Shown here one piece after another: positions 9,501 through 17,427 of a stretch of 64,000 nt of DNA. The position numbers and the translations under genes are program-made. Where the stretch lies: NCBI GenBank assembly GCA_001804785.1, contig MHBG01000048.1, positions 15,439 through 79,438 on the forward strand, read 5' to 3'. This stretch comes from Lentisphaerae bacterium GWF2_45_14. GTDB taxonomy: Bacteria > Verrucomicrobiota > Lentisphaeria > Victivallales > GWF2-45-14. How positions within the stretch are numbered: the stretch's first letter is position 1; each line of letters starts with the position of its first letter. Under the pieces are notes generated by a model. It was not told the DNA's origin. It searched no databases and worked only from the letters and a program-made list of their open reading frames with translations.

Positions 9501-12500
9501 CCTGAAGACTATGTTCGCGATGGCAATAAGTATGTGTTTAATAAAAATCAACTTCAATCTATTCCCACGACTCGGACAGAATCAAAAAAGCTCGGGTTTA
9601 ACAAAAATACTCCAGTTCAAAAGATTGAAGACTTCGGTGAAAAAATAGGAGGAGCCAAGAAAGATTTGTGGAAAAGCAAATTTGCCGATGCTTTCAATAA
9701 AGATACCAGGCAAGTTCCGCTTTCCGAATCATTTCCCGAACCTGATTACAATGCTCTTCTTGAATCAGGTTTAAGCAAGAAAGCCGTGGCGTTTATTCAT
9801 ACCATAAGAGATACTATACCCTCCAAGCCCAGACGATGGGGACTCGATAAATATGCAAAAGGAGTCGAAGAGTCAAGGGAAACGGCAAGGCTTATAATAG
9901 AAGGTAAAATAAACGATGATTCTATAACTGAAACTCTGCATAAATTACATAAGAATTCTCAAGGGCTTTATGCGTTATATGAAGCAATGGGACATGATCG
10001 GTCTTTGAAAGACTATTCTATAGGCATGCATTATTATGAGCTTTATAATGGGATAAAGCAGAACGTAAATAAATGGGCTATATCGGATACCAATACCCAT
10101 AGAGATATTATACATGCCGACACCGCAGAAGACGCTATTGAGAAATTCAAGAAATATCTTGACGGTCTTTCCGAATCAGGCAAGAACAAGAAAATTGAAT
10201 TCGTTATTTATTCAAAAAGCAACGAAAAGGGGAAGTATTACATCAGCAAAAAAACAGGGTCAAATTACATCGATCTAAAGAGTTTTGATAATGTTGAAGA
10301 TGCGAAAAAATATCGTATCGATAATTACAGTGACCTTGTAAATCTTCTCGAAAAAAGTAAATACATTCCTGAAACAAGAACGGATACAAACCGCGAACGA
10401 GTCGGCAAAGACTATCGGCAAGGGAAAGATGTTACTCCTGAAATGTTTACTTCCGCATTCGGTTTTCGTGGTATCGAATTCGGGAATTGGGTTGCAAAAA
10501 CAGAAGAACGGCAGGCGTCTCTTAACCGGGCGTTTGATGCTCTTCATGATCTCGCTGATATCCTTGGAGTTGCGACACAAGCACTATCCCTCAATGGACA
10601 ACTCGGGCTTGCATTTGGAGCGCGAGGAGCCGGAGGTCGGAATTCCGCAGCGGCTCATTACGAACTGGACAAAGTTGTAATTAACCTGACAAGAAAGAAT
10701 GGCGCCGGATCGCTTGCTCATGAATGGTGGCATGCCTTGGATAATTATTTTCCCAGGATGAGGGACAAGCCGGCCGGACATCTTACTACGATGCCTTTCG
10801 CGTTACGAAATAAAGACGGCAGTGTCAATGATTCTGTTCGTTCTGAAATGATAAATGCTTTCGATGATGTCATGAAAGCCATATATCGCAGTGAAATGAA
10901 AACAAGATCAAAACGGCTTGATTCAACAAGGACAAAAGAATATTGGGCAAAAGATGTTGAAATGTCTGCGAGGGCTTTCGAAAGCTATATTCTCAACAAA
11001 ATAGAAGGAAAAGAATTCAGCAATGATTATCTTGTGAATATAGTCAATGAAGAAGCGTTTCAAAAAGATGCAGAAGAGCATGGCGGAAACTCTTCTTATC
11101 CGTATCCACTCAAGGCCGAACAGCAGGAAATAGATGCAGTTTTTGATAAATTCTTTGATACAATCGAAGAAAAGGAAGAAAACGGCAAGCATGTTCTTTA
11201 CCGCAGCTCTGAATACGGGAATATTCGCGGCGGCGACAAAATCAGGGCGCGGCGGATCATCCGGGAAATGACAGGTTCAATCGACAATGTCCGGTTTGCG
11301 GAAAAACTGTTCAGTAATGATGGTCAAGAGGTATTAGGCAAATACGAAGACGCCTATATCGACATTGCAGAAAACAAAGGAAATATCGAGGACACGGCCA
11401 GGCATGAAGCCTTGCACTATGCCTATGATTTACTTTTAACCGAACGCGAAGCGCAAATATTCAATGAAGCCGCATCTGCCCAGGAACTTAATCACGAACA
11501 AGCGATCGAGGGCATCAATAAATTTGCTCATGATCATTCCGGACTCAGAGGCAAAGCCCGTTTGATTGCCGGGCGCATAATCAGACGCATACGGCAGCTT
11601 TTCGGAGCCGAGCGCATGATTGACCGGATCAATGAGATTTATGACCGGGCATTGTCCAGAAAATATGCAGAGCGTGAACTGACCGGCAAAAGTAATTATG
11701 GCGGCGAAGTTCAGTACATGTCGCAGAACGAACGGAAAAACCTTACCGGACTGATAGAGCAGTTCAAAAAAGAACTTGACAATGTCGAAATGAATAAAGA
11801 GCAAAAGGGTATTTACGATGTTATAACCGGCAATAAACGAATTACTCAAATCAGAAAAAATGATTTAGACAACCTGGCAGGATTTGTAAATCTTGAAAAA
11901 GGGTCGGGAGAATTTGGTGCAACTCATATCATGGCAAAACATTTTGACGGTACATCGGGAAAAGTAACAGCCAGAGAAATTATCAATATCGGTGAAGTTA
12001 TCAGACATGGCAAGATAAGGGGGAATGGTGACAGGCATATTTATACATTATGGGAAAATAATCAAAGATACCGAGCTATTGTTCTCACTGATGGAAAGAA
12101 GCAAAGTGTAATCACATTCTATTCAAATAAAACGGCATATTCACCCGGGGATCATACTGTCCCCGATGGCACTAAGACCAATGATGAATATGCCTTTAGC
12201 AACTCAGGCGGGAGTCATAATGCTCCGCTAGCACAAAAGGCCGTAACCCAAGCTCCTAAAACTATTATACATGAAAATAATGAAAATGTCAAGGAATTGA
12301 ATCAGAATGAAAAAAATGAGCCGGACGACAACTTTTATTCCAACCGCAAGGCAGAAACGCGGGGCAATATGGCCTCGCCGCGTGTTGAATCCGACTCAAA
12401 GGATTTTCCCCACACTCGAATATCCGAATCGGATAATCTAAGGTCAGACTCCACGCAGGAGCAAAAGACCGTGGCGGAGGAAATCCCAGACAGTATAAAT

Positions 12501-15500
12501 GACAAAACCGATAAAAGCAAATACCGGACGCTCGAAGTCGCGGAAATGACTCATGAAAGCGAAATGAAACAGAATGCCCAGCATATAAGTTTTGCCCGTG
12601 AATGGCTCAATACTCTTTTTGAAAAGGATACGAATGCCAAAACGGACGTTCGCTTCCTGAGTCCGTTGCTTCAAACGATTTTCTACTACAGTAAGAAAGT
12701 TCCAGCGCTCGGACGGGTATTTGATTCTGCAATGCGTCTGCGCGACAATAAATATTTCTATGAAAACATGATTTTTAATGCCGATAGCGGCATGGGCGAA
12801 TCGGAGCTTGAGCCGATAGTCAAATTCAGCAAGGCAAACAAAGCGGAGTGGACACGGCTTTCAAAAGATTATCTTTGGAAACGCGATATAGATGCAGTCG
12901 GATACAAAGTCAGGCAGAGCGATGATGGCACAGTTTTCCGGATATACACGCCTGAAAATATACTCATAGATCAATTTTCCAATGAAAACGCCGCATGGGA
13001 AGCCGCGTGGCGTGCCGAAGTCCAAGACATGAAAAAAGCCGGGTGGAGTAACGGGGCTTGTGAAACCGTCCTCAAACTTCGCCGGATCATGGGGCGGCAA
13101 TATGAAATTCTCAAAAACGGCGTTGAACAGCAGAAAAAGGCATTGAAAGAACTCGGCGCCGAAATGCCCGAAATCAGCGGCATTGACATTTTCGAAGAAT
13201 TAAAAAAGATGGGCGACCGGAGGGGATATTATATGCCCAGAATGCGACACGGGAATCATATGCTATGGGCGCATAAAACCGGAGAGAATCCTCGACTCGA
13301 AATATTCGATACAAAACTCATGAGAGCCAAACGCGCATCGGAATTGCGGCGTAATGGTTATACCGCGGAAATGTCGCAAAGCAATACTCCGTCCGAGGAT
13401 GTTTTTGCCGGAAGCGATATTACCGCGATGAATGACCTTATCAATAATGCGATGGATCGGATTCGCAAAAGCGATGAACTGACATTTGAACGGTTCGGGC
13501 TTACGGGAGAATGGATTGATTACCCATTGAAAAACAGCAAAACGGAGCGGCATTTCGTTATTTCCGGAGGCAATACCAGTATTCACCATAATCTATTCAA
13601 GGAATTCGGCGGCAATTATTACGGGGATATGTGGCATTTTAAGGATCGTAAAAAGAGCTTTGAAAAAACGATCCTGAAAGCGATTGCCCATGTTGAAGGC
13701 GCCGCTATTGTTCAGACTGACGCAATAGGCCGTGCGCTGGCTGAACAGATCGCTGCCATAATTCATAGCCATGGTTCGAGATCGCACAAGATCAAACGCG
13801 ATGATCGGACGGGAAAAGATGTTTATCTCGGCTTTGAAGAGGATATTATCCAAGCTGCGACACTCACGGGCAGAGCTATTGCCGGGGGAAGCGCAAAACG
13901 AATTATGGCTAAAGAAATGCTGGAAGCTTTCACAGGTCATGACTTGAAATGGAAAGATTATAAAGCTGAACACATGCCGAAAGACGTTAAGCTTGGCTCT
14001 CCTGAATATTATCAGGCGATGGAAGATACCTGGAATGGTTATCAGGATACCGTCAGAGCGCGCGGTATAGAATCTTCCAAGCAGAAAATAGCTTACCGTG
14101 AAGGTAAGAGCTTCATGAATGATATGCTCCGCAATGAAGAACCTATGGAGCGCGTTTTCGGCATTATCAAAGGAATAGCCGCATTTAAATTCCTTTCCGG
14201 AGTTTCTTCAGGGGTAATAAACCTTACCGCACTGGCAACCAGCGTTCCGGCCGCAATGAAATCATTCGGAAATATCGGATTCGTACGCTCTGGTTTTCTT
14301 CTCATCGCGGCCTCAAACAGATATACCCGCTATATGATGCGGAAAAAATTTGGGATAGGAAAGACTATGTCCGATAATGAAGAATGGCTTTTTGGCGAAA
14401 TTACACGCCGGGGCTGGGATGCCGACTTGCAGAATCAGGAATTGACCGGAGCAACTATGACATGGGGCGATAAAACTTGGAGAAGTATTGTCGATTTGTC
14501 AATGATTGTTTTCAGTACGACTGAACGATTAAACCGCGCTTCAACCATTGCCGCAGCGTATAACGGAATGGCTGAAAAATTTGACGGTGAACTACCCGAA
14601 AGGCAAAGGGACAATCTTCTGCTTAAAGCAAAAGAAATTTCCGATAAAGCGCATGGTGTATATGGAAAAGAAAATTTGCCGTCCTGGGCGCGTGGAGCAT
14701 CTGCCGGGGCTCATGTGGCGCGGTCATTTTACATGTACAAGACATTTACTCATAATTATCTTCAGTTAATGGGGGAAATGTTCAAGGGCAAGAAAGTCTC
14801 ATCATTTGCCTGGATGACGATTGCGCCGGCAATAGTCGGAGGATATTCGGCAAATGCATTAGAACCCATATTGAAAGCGCTGGCGTCCCTGATTCCCGGA
14901 CTCCCCGATGATCCGGAAGAAGCCCTTTATAAATGGCTCCAAAAAACATTTGGTAAAACGGCGGAACGTTTCGGGCGTTCAGGGCTGGCCGGACTTTTAG
15001 GATTGAACCTCAAGGGTTCTATGGCAATCGGTTCATTTGAACTTCCGACAACAATAGATGAAGTGCTTGGCGCTCCTTATGCAATGGGGACAAGCGTCTT
15101 CAATGGAGGGAAGAACATTCTACGTGGCGATTGGATTAAGGGAGCCGAAGAGCTTTCTCCGCGTTTTGCAACCGGCCCTATTAAAGCATATAGGGAATAT
15201 ACCGAAGGTGTTACCAGCAAGAGCAATCAGCCGCTTTACTGGGGCAATGAGCGTTTAAAAGCAGATTATTATGATGCCTTATTGCGCTTTGCCGGATTCA
15301 ACCCGGCTGAGATATCGGAAAAAAGAGAAGCACAGTGGAGTGAAAAACAAGTTGAAGCAAAATACGGCGAAGAGCGCAAGATTATCTATGTAAAAGTGCG
15401 CCGTTTCCTGCTCGATGGCGGCGCAACTGCGGAATGGACAGATATTCTCAGGGAAATAATGGAGTATAATGCCAGAGTCAGAAGCCGCGAGCTTCATAAT

Positions 15501-15707
15501 GTACCCCTGATTACGTCCAGCTCATTAAGAATCCTTCAGCGGAAAATGAATACGCCTGAAAAACGTGAACAATTAAGAGGCGCAGAACCGGAAGAAGACA
15601 GAAAGAGGGAAGATTTATCGACGTTCTCGTTTGAGGATGAACCTGATTCGGAAAACGCTGGAAGGTCAAGATCGAGGCGCGCAAACAGGCGACAGACGAG
15701 AAGGTAA
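6504..15707 (+). CDS. Giant polyvalent virion/ejection protein (LPD5-like, LPD1-like, HExxH module, putative PBECR RNase, PLxRFG-like C-terminal region)
   Basis: 3067 aa. KIEDFGEKIGGAKKD (~9621, LPD5-like); FGFRGIEFGNWV...AFGARG...SLAHEWWHALD (~10460-11170, LPD1-like); RHEALH (~11400); FGATHIMAKH...VITFYSN (~11900-12128, PBECR-like); YMPRMRHG (~13230). Confidence 0.8.
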   Translation: MSLRHVPVDISDFNPDEFLKSTASNSSQSAMTGTIDISDFDPDSFLGTKKEVSQEEIRAAFPEPSRVRSPEERDYREFLTLHGVNPATGGYNVETKLPETMANKAVKSFESGTLQAGASLAAVPGFVGGIDRALRASALEKRKAFGDPIVDIIPQEYRDSLEKRTDGSFKGKGFYGELKRPDGGVSTELSFGTSDVEPGKEVEIPALVPGLSQEQKDYLLSTKPEESSKKNPQMWDSIVGQAVNFAKERKAKGLPYFASNTEQPIDKQDWIDVLDGTAKFMKDKAAKRMQTVSGGLDIIDTFKQKGTAAGVEQILYGVVNQVPNLATQIAALSLTGGTGSLAYMGVTSAADKRIDIKDNPNMSEWGKIANELGTGGFEIFGERIGGLPILKRIMGDAPKKAIKKGVTNFLKTIGFDMFQEGGSEVVTQIGQNLTDMLTGNTDKPLSEMTIREKAQKLGQGAVDAGIIGGVMGGGMGTVEYAGKPKISTDERTDLLNDSKTSTSSNELENVPESQAINFPASGGIDFDSMGKDELSAYITDKTGQAPSSLARIEDLAEDAKAIQNAEAIENASNAQAASEAQMIEPQQEIQQEQISEEELPVPESAAPEVNSAMQAGVKPEILPADNAMAQPLLGIAEGPGDIPVTSLNIEEALRIMKESEVDYTLDAPQRLPSQNIETTAKLDLLVPAQEKGNVAFTPTPELIPNIAEEQKQSDDNKLPEADNRPVNIESVKTPSGWTKNLLKAQVYARRLGLPVRLNDKTLGLDQLVKNIKEVLKEQKRSTSPKAETFDQWQAQYEKELREKFNNEEDVKKNLDAVEWARHRWGLKGIASRANLLKKTVLANGKKTKNKAPELMTPEERYHSEWESPDFPGKANKATKPNYEKIKLETGLDFDVVGYQLIPKQPNRFQKRQIFTSSDVQNIRAALREQGHNSIVNDYYISDADSKIKVGDGQIIKLDGGLGKDYSLPTAPIHFREIKDAIAKHNPVSALAIESFEIKLPEDYVRDGNKYVFNKNQLQSIPTTRTESKKLGFNKNTPVQKIEDFGEKIGGAKKDLWKSKFADAFNKDTRQVPLSESFPEPDYNALLESGLSKKAVAFIHTIRDTIPSKPRRWGLDKYAKGVEESRETARLIIEGKINDDSITETLHKLHKNSQGLYALYEAMGHDRSLKDYSIGMHYYELYNGIKQNVNKWAISDTNTHRDIIHADTAEDAIEKFKKYLDGLSESGKNKKIEFVIYSKSNEKGKYYISKKTGSNYIDLKSFDNVEDAKKYRIDNYSDLVNLLEKSKYIPETRTDTNRERVGKDYRQGKDVTPEMFTSAFGFRGIEFGNWVAKTEERQASLNRAFDALHDLADILGVATQALSLNGQLGLAFGARGAGGRNSAAAHYELDKVVINLTRKNGAGSLAHEWWHALDNYFPRMRDKPAGHLTTMPFALRNKDGSVNDSVRSEMINAFDDVMKAIYRSEMKTRSKRLDSTRTKEYWAKDVEMSARAFESYILNKIEGKEFSNDYLVNIVNEEAFQKDAEEHGGNSSYPYPLKAEQQEIDAVFDKFFDTIEEKEENGKHVLYRSSEYGNIRGGDKIRARRIIREMTGSIDNVRFAEKLFSNDGQEVLGKYEDAYIDIAENKGNIEDTARHEALHYAYDLLLTEREAQIFNEAASAQELNHEQAIEGINKFAHDHSGLRGKARLIAGRIIRRIRQLFGAERMIDRINEIYDRALSRKYAERELTGKSNYGGEVQYMSQNERKNLTGLIEQFKKELDNVEMNKEQKGIYDVITGNKRITQIRKNDLDNLAGFVNLEKGSGEFGATHIMAKHFDGTSGKVTAREIINIGEVIRHGKIRGNGDRHIYTLWENNQRYRAIVLTDGKKQSVITFYSNKTAYSPGDHTVPDGTKTNDEYAFSNSGGSHNAPLAQKAVTQAPKTIIHENNENVKELNQNEKNEPDDNFYSNRKAETRGNMASPRVESDSKDFPHTRISESDNLRSDSTQEQKTVAEEIPDSINDKTDKSKYRTLEVAEMTHESEMKQNAQHISFAREWLNTLFEKDTNAKTDVRFLSPLLQTIFYYSKKVPALGRVFDSAMRLRDNKYFYENMIFNADSGMGESELEPIVKFSKANKAEWTRLSKDYLWKRDIDAVGYKVRQSDDGTVFRIYTPENILIDQFSNENAAWEAAWRAEVQDMKKAGWSNGACETVLKLRRIMGRQYEILKNGVEQQKKALKELGAEMPEISGIDIFEELKKMGDRRGYYMPRMRHGNHMLWAHKTGENPRLEIFDTKLMRAKRASELRRNGYTAEMSQSNTPSEDVFAGSDITAMNDLINNAMDRIRKSDELTFERFGLTGEWIDYPLKNSKTERHFVISGGNTSIHHNLFKEFGGNYYGDMWHFKDRKKSFEKTILKAIAHVEGAAIVQTDAIGRALAEQIAAIIHSHGSRSHKIKRDDRTGKDVYLGFEEDIIQAATLTGRAIAGGSAKRIMAKEMLEAFTGHDLKWKDYKAEHMPKDVKLGSPEYYQAMEDTWNGYQDTVRARGIESSKQKIAYREGKSFMNDMLRNEEPMERVFGIIKGIAAFKFLSGVSSGVINLTALATSVPAAMKSFGNIGFVRSGFLLIAASNRYTRYMMRKKFGIGKTMSDNEEWLFGEITRRGWDADLQNQELTGATMTWGDKTWRSIVDLSMIVFSTTERLNRASTIAAAYNGMAEKFDGELPERQRDNLLLKAKEISDKAHGVYGKENLPSWARGASAGAHVARSFYMYKTFTHNYLQLMGEMFKGKKVSSFAWMTIAPAIVGGYSANALEPILKALASLIPGLPDDPEEALYKWLQKTFGKTAERFGRSGLAGLLGLNLKGSMAIGSFELPTTIDEVLGAPYAMGTSVFNGGKNILRGDWIKGAEELSPRFATGPIKAYREYTEGVTSKSNQPLYWGNERLKADYYDALLRFAGFNPAEISEKREAQWSEKQVEAKYGEERKIIYVKVRRFLLDGGATAEWTDILREIMEYNARVRSRELHNVPLITSSSLRILQRKMNTPEKREQLRGAEPEEDRKREDLSTFSFEDEPDSENAGRSRSRRANRRQTRR
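12122..12257 (-). ncRNA. Candidate structured antisense RNA 1 (~130 nt)
   Basis: Directly downstream of the antisense promoter; perfect 10-bp stem 12134-12143/12185-12194; two hairpins with loops CAUUAUGA and CAGUAUGA; A-C oppositions on the plus strand become G-U pairs on the minus strand; U-rich tail after the last stem. Confidence 0.55.
12264..12292 (-). promoter_or_regulatory. Perfect-consensus sigma70 promoter, antisense, inside the giant gene
   Basis: Minus strand reads TTGACA (12292-12287) - 17 nt - TATAAT (12269-12264). Confidence 0.8.
12345..12486 (-). ncRNA. Candidate structured antisense RNA 2
   Basis: Inverted repeats 12357-62/12378-83, 12388-92/12401-05, 12421-27/12429-35, 12442-45/12467-70, 12449-52/12458-61 and 12401-09/12479-86 directly downstream of promoter 2. 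Confidence 0.4.
12492..12520 (-). promoter_or_regulatory. Second antisense sigma70-like promoter inside the giant gene
   Basis: Minus strand TTGCTT (12520-12515) - 17 nt - TATACT (12497-12492). Confidence 0.55.
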
Positions 15708-15724
15708 AACTATGGGGGATATGA

Positions 15725-16654
15725 TTATATCCCTCCTCTTTCTGTCCATACACGTTCACGCCAAGCAAATTTAGAATCTTCAACCATTTCAGATATAAAC
15801 CCTGCTTTGGTTTTCTTTAGTTTTTCTCTGGCAACCTTGAACTCCCAAGCGGTTTTTTCCATTCCTTTTAACTTATCTGACAGTTCGGCGGTCTGTTGTT
15901 GTAACTGTTGGATTTTAATATTGAGACCTTTTATTATAGCCCAAGCTCCAGTATTTCTTGTCTGTGAAGTTGTCGTAGCATGAGCATCTATATCTCCAGT
16001 AATTTTAGTAGTGGTAGTTGTGGTTTTTTCATTTAGTTTCATTTGTTCGAAAACCGTAGTCCGCTTTTGTTCTAATTGCGAAATCTCTTGAAGTTTTGAA
16101 TCTATCAATGTTTTGCCATGTTGAATAACATCTTCTATTCTGCGAACTTCACAATTGGGGATAATAAACTCACTAGAAAATAAATTATCATCACCCCCTA
16201 ATCTAAGATATTTATCACCTTGAACCACAATAAGAGATAAATCACTTGAAAGGAAAAGCTCACCAGTCATAAAAATATTCAACATGTCTTGTTTTTGTTT
16301 TATATTTTTTAAATGGTTTTGTTTTCGCTCAAGGTCTAATTTTTTCTCGTATTCTGCAATTTTTTCTTTATTCGCTTGCTCTTTTTTTGCAAGTTGTTGC
16401 TGTGCATCAAGCACCTCTTTTTGGTGAGCTAGTTCTTTTTTAAACGAATATCCCAATTGTTTTTGCGAATCCTCAGACATTTCAATGAACTTCAAGAAGG
16501 CAACGCCTTCGGCATGCTGAATATCAACACCGGACGGAGTTTTATTCAGTACTGTTACATCTTTGAATTCGCGGCCATCAAGCATTTTTATATCGACAGC
16601 TGAGAGCTGGCAAGTTATTCCAATGGCAAGCAGTAGCAAGAAAAGCTTTTTCAT
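15725..16654 (-). CDS. Secreted/periplasmic coiled-coil protein, moron-like
   Basis: Signal peptide MKKLFLLLLAIGITCQLSA, AT-rich DNA, own promoter and GGGGG RBS. Confidence 0.7.
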   Translation of the reverse strand: MKKLFLLLLAIGITCQLSAVDIKMLDGREFKDVTVLNKTPSGVDIQHAEGVAFLKFIEMSEDSQKQLGYSFKKELAHQKEVLDAQQQLAKKEQANKEKIAEYEKKLDLERKQNHLKNIKQKQDMLNIFMTGELFLSSDLSLIVVQGDKYLRLGGDDNLFSSEFIIPNCEVRRIEDVIQHGKTLIDSKLQEISQLEQKRTTVFEQMKLNEKTTTTTTKITGDIDAHATTTSQTRNTGAWAIIKGLNIKIQQLQQQTAELSDKLKGMEKTAWEFKVAREKLKKTKAGFISEMVEDSKFAWRERVWTERGGI

Positions 16655-16690
16655 TATAAATCCCCCGTGTTATTATTGAATGCAAACACA

Positions 16691-16719
16691 ATAATATTAC
16701 ACAAGTTGGGAAAAGTCAA
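16691..16719 (-). promoter_or_regulatory. Sigma70-like promoter of the moron gene
   Basis: TTGACT (16719-16714) - 17 nt - TATTAT (16696-16691). Confidence 0.6.
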
Positions 16720-16728
16720 ATTTTACGC

Positions 16729-17427
16729 TCAATTCATTATCCTTGCAGGGTAACGGTCATATCCGGAAAGGGCGCATTTCAGGGAATGAAGGGCGGGGTA
16801 AACACCGTCCTGATCGGCATTGTATTCCTGGAGCTGCTGATAGACTTTGCCGTCTTTACTGTATTTGAGCTGCTGAAGAATATCTTTTTCAAATACCGTG
16901 TGCATAGCCTGATTGTCATCGCTCCATTTAATTTCGACAAAATGAGGTTTATTGGCAATCATCGGAGACCGCACGACCTGAAGACGGTATTTCTGACACG
17001 TCTCATGATCCTGGTGAAAATAGAAAGTATCGGCATAGTAGCGAGTCCAGCAATCATTGAACCAGGTAGAGAGACCCTTGAGCTTTATTCCTCCTTTTTC
17101 TCCATCGATCACATGGTCTATAGTGAAGAATTCCCGTTCTTCGAATACGTAAATTACATTGCTGACAAGATTGCGTCCGCACATAACCGCATATCCGGAA
17201 ATACTGCCGTCAACCGGCACGGGAAAGCATATACCGCCGCGCATGTAATAATGGCCTTCAGGAATGGGCGATCCCTCGTTAAAGTAAAGCGCGGAAGTTT
17301 GCCTTTCGGTATTGAAGTGCGCTAGGAACGGTCTGTATAAACTGGTTTCTTCATTCGAATTCATATTATATTGCTCCCTGTCCAAGTTGTCCGCCGCCGA
17401 GACGGCCAAGTTTATTATATCGTTCAA
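16729..17427 (-). CDS. Hypothetical phage protein downstream of TerL (true start may be near 17366)
   Basis: 232-aa ORF overlapping the TerL end; RGGICFP...GYAVMCG...IYVFEE pattern loosely resembles an RNase H-like fold. Confidence 0.6.
   Translation of the reverse strand: MNDIINLAVSAADNLDREQYNMNSNEETSLYRPFLAHFNTERQTSALYFNEGSPIPEGHYYMRGGICFPVPVDGSISGYAVMCGRNLVSNVIYVFEEREFFTIDHVIDGEKGGIKLKGLSTWFNDCWTRYYADTFYFHQDHETCQKYRLQVVRSPMIANKPHFVEIKWSDDNQAMHTVFEKDILQQLKYSKDGKVYQQLQEYNADQDGVYPALHSLKCALSGYDRYPARIMN

Noticed and set aside
12146-12226. Plus-strand loops TCATAC/TCATAA resemble the tRNA-Met anticodon loop (self-cleavage site or tRNA gene)
   Set aside because: No D or T arm consensus, 8-nt loops, and both the G-U pairing and the promoter favour the minus strand; kept only as a secondary idea.
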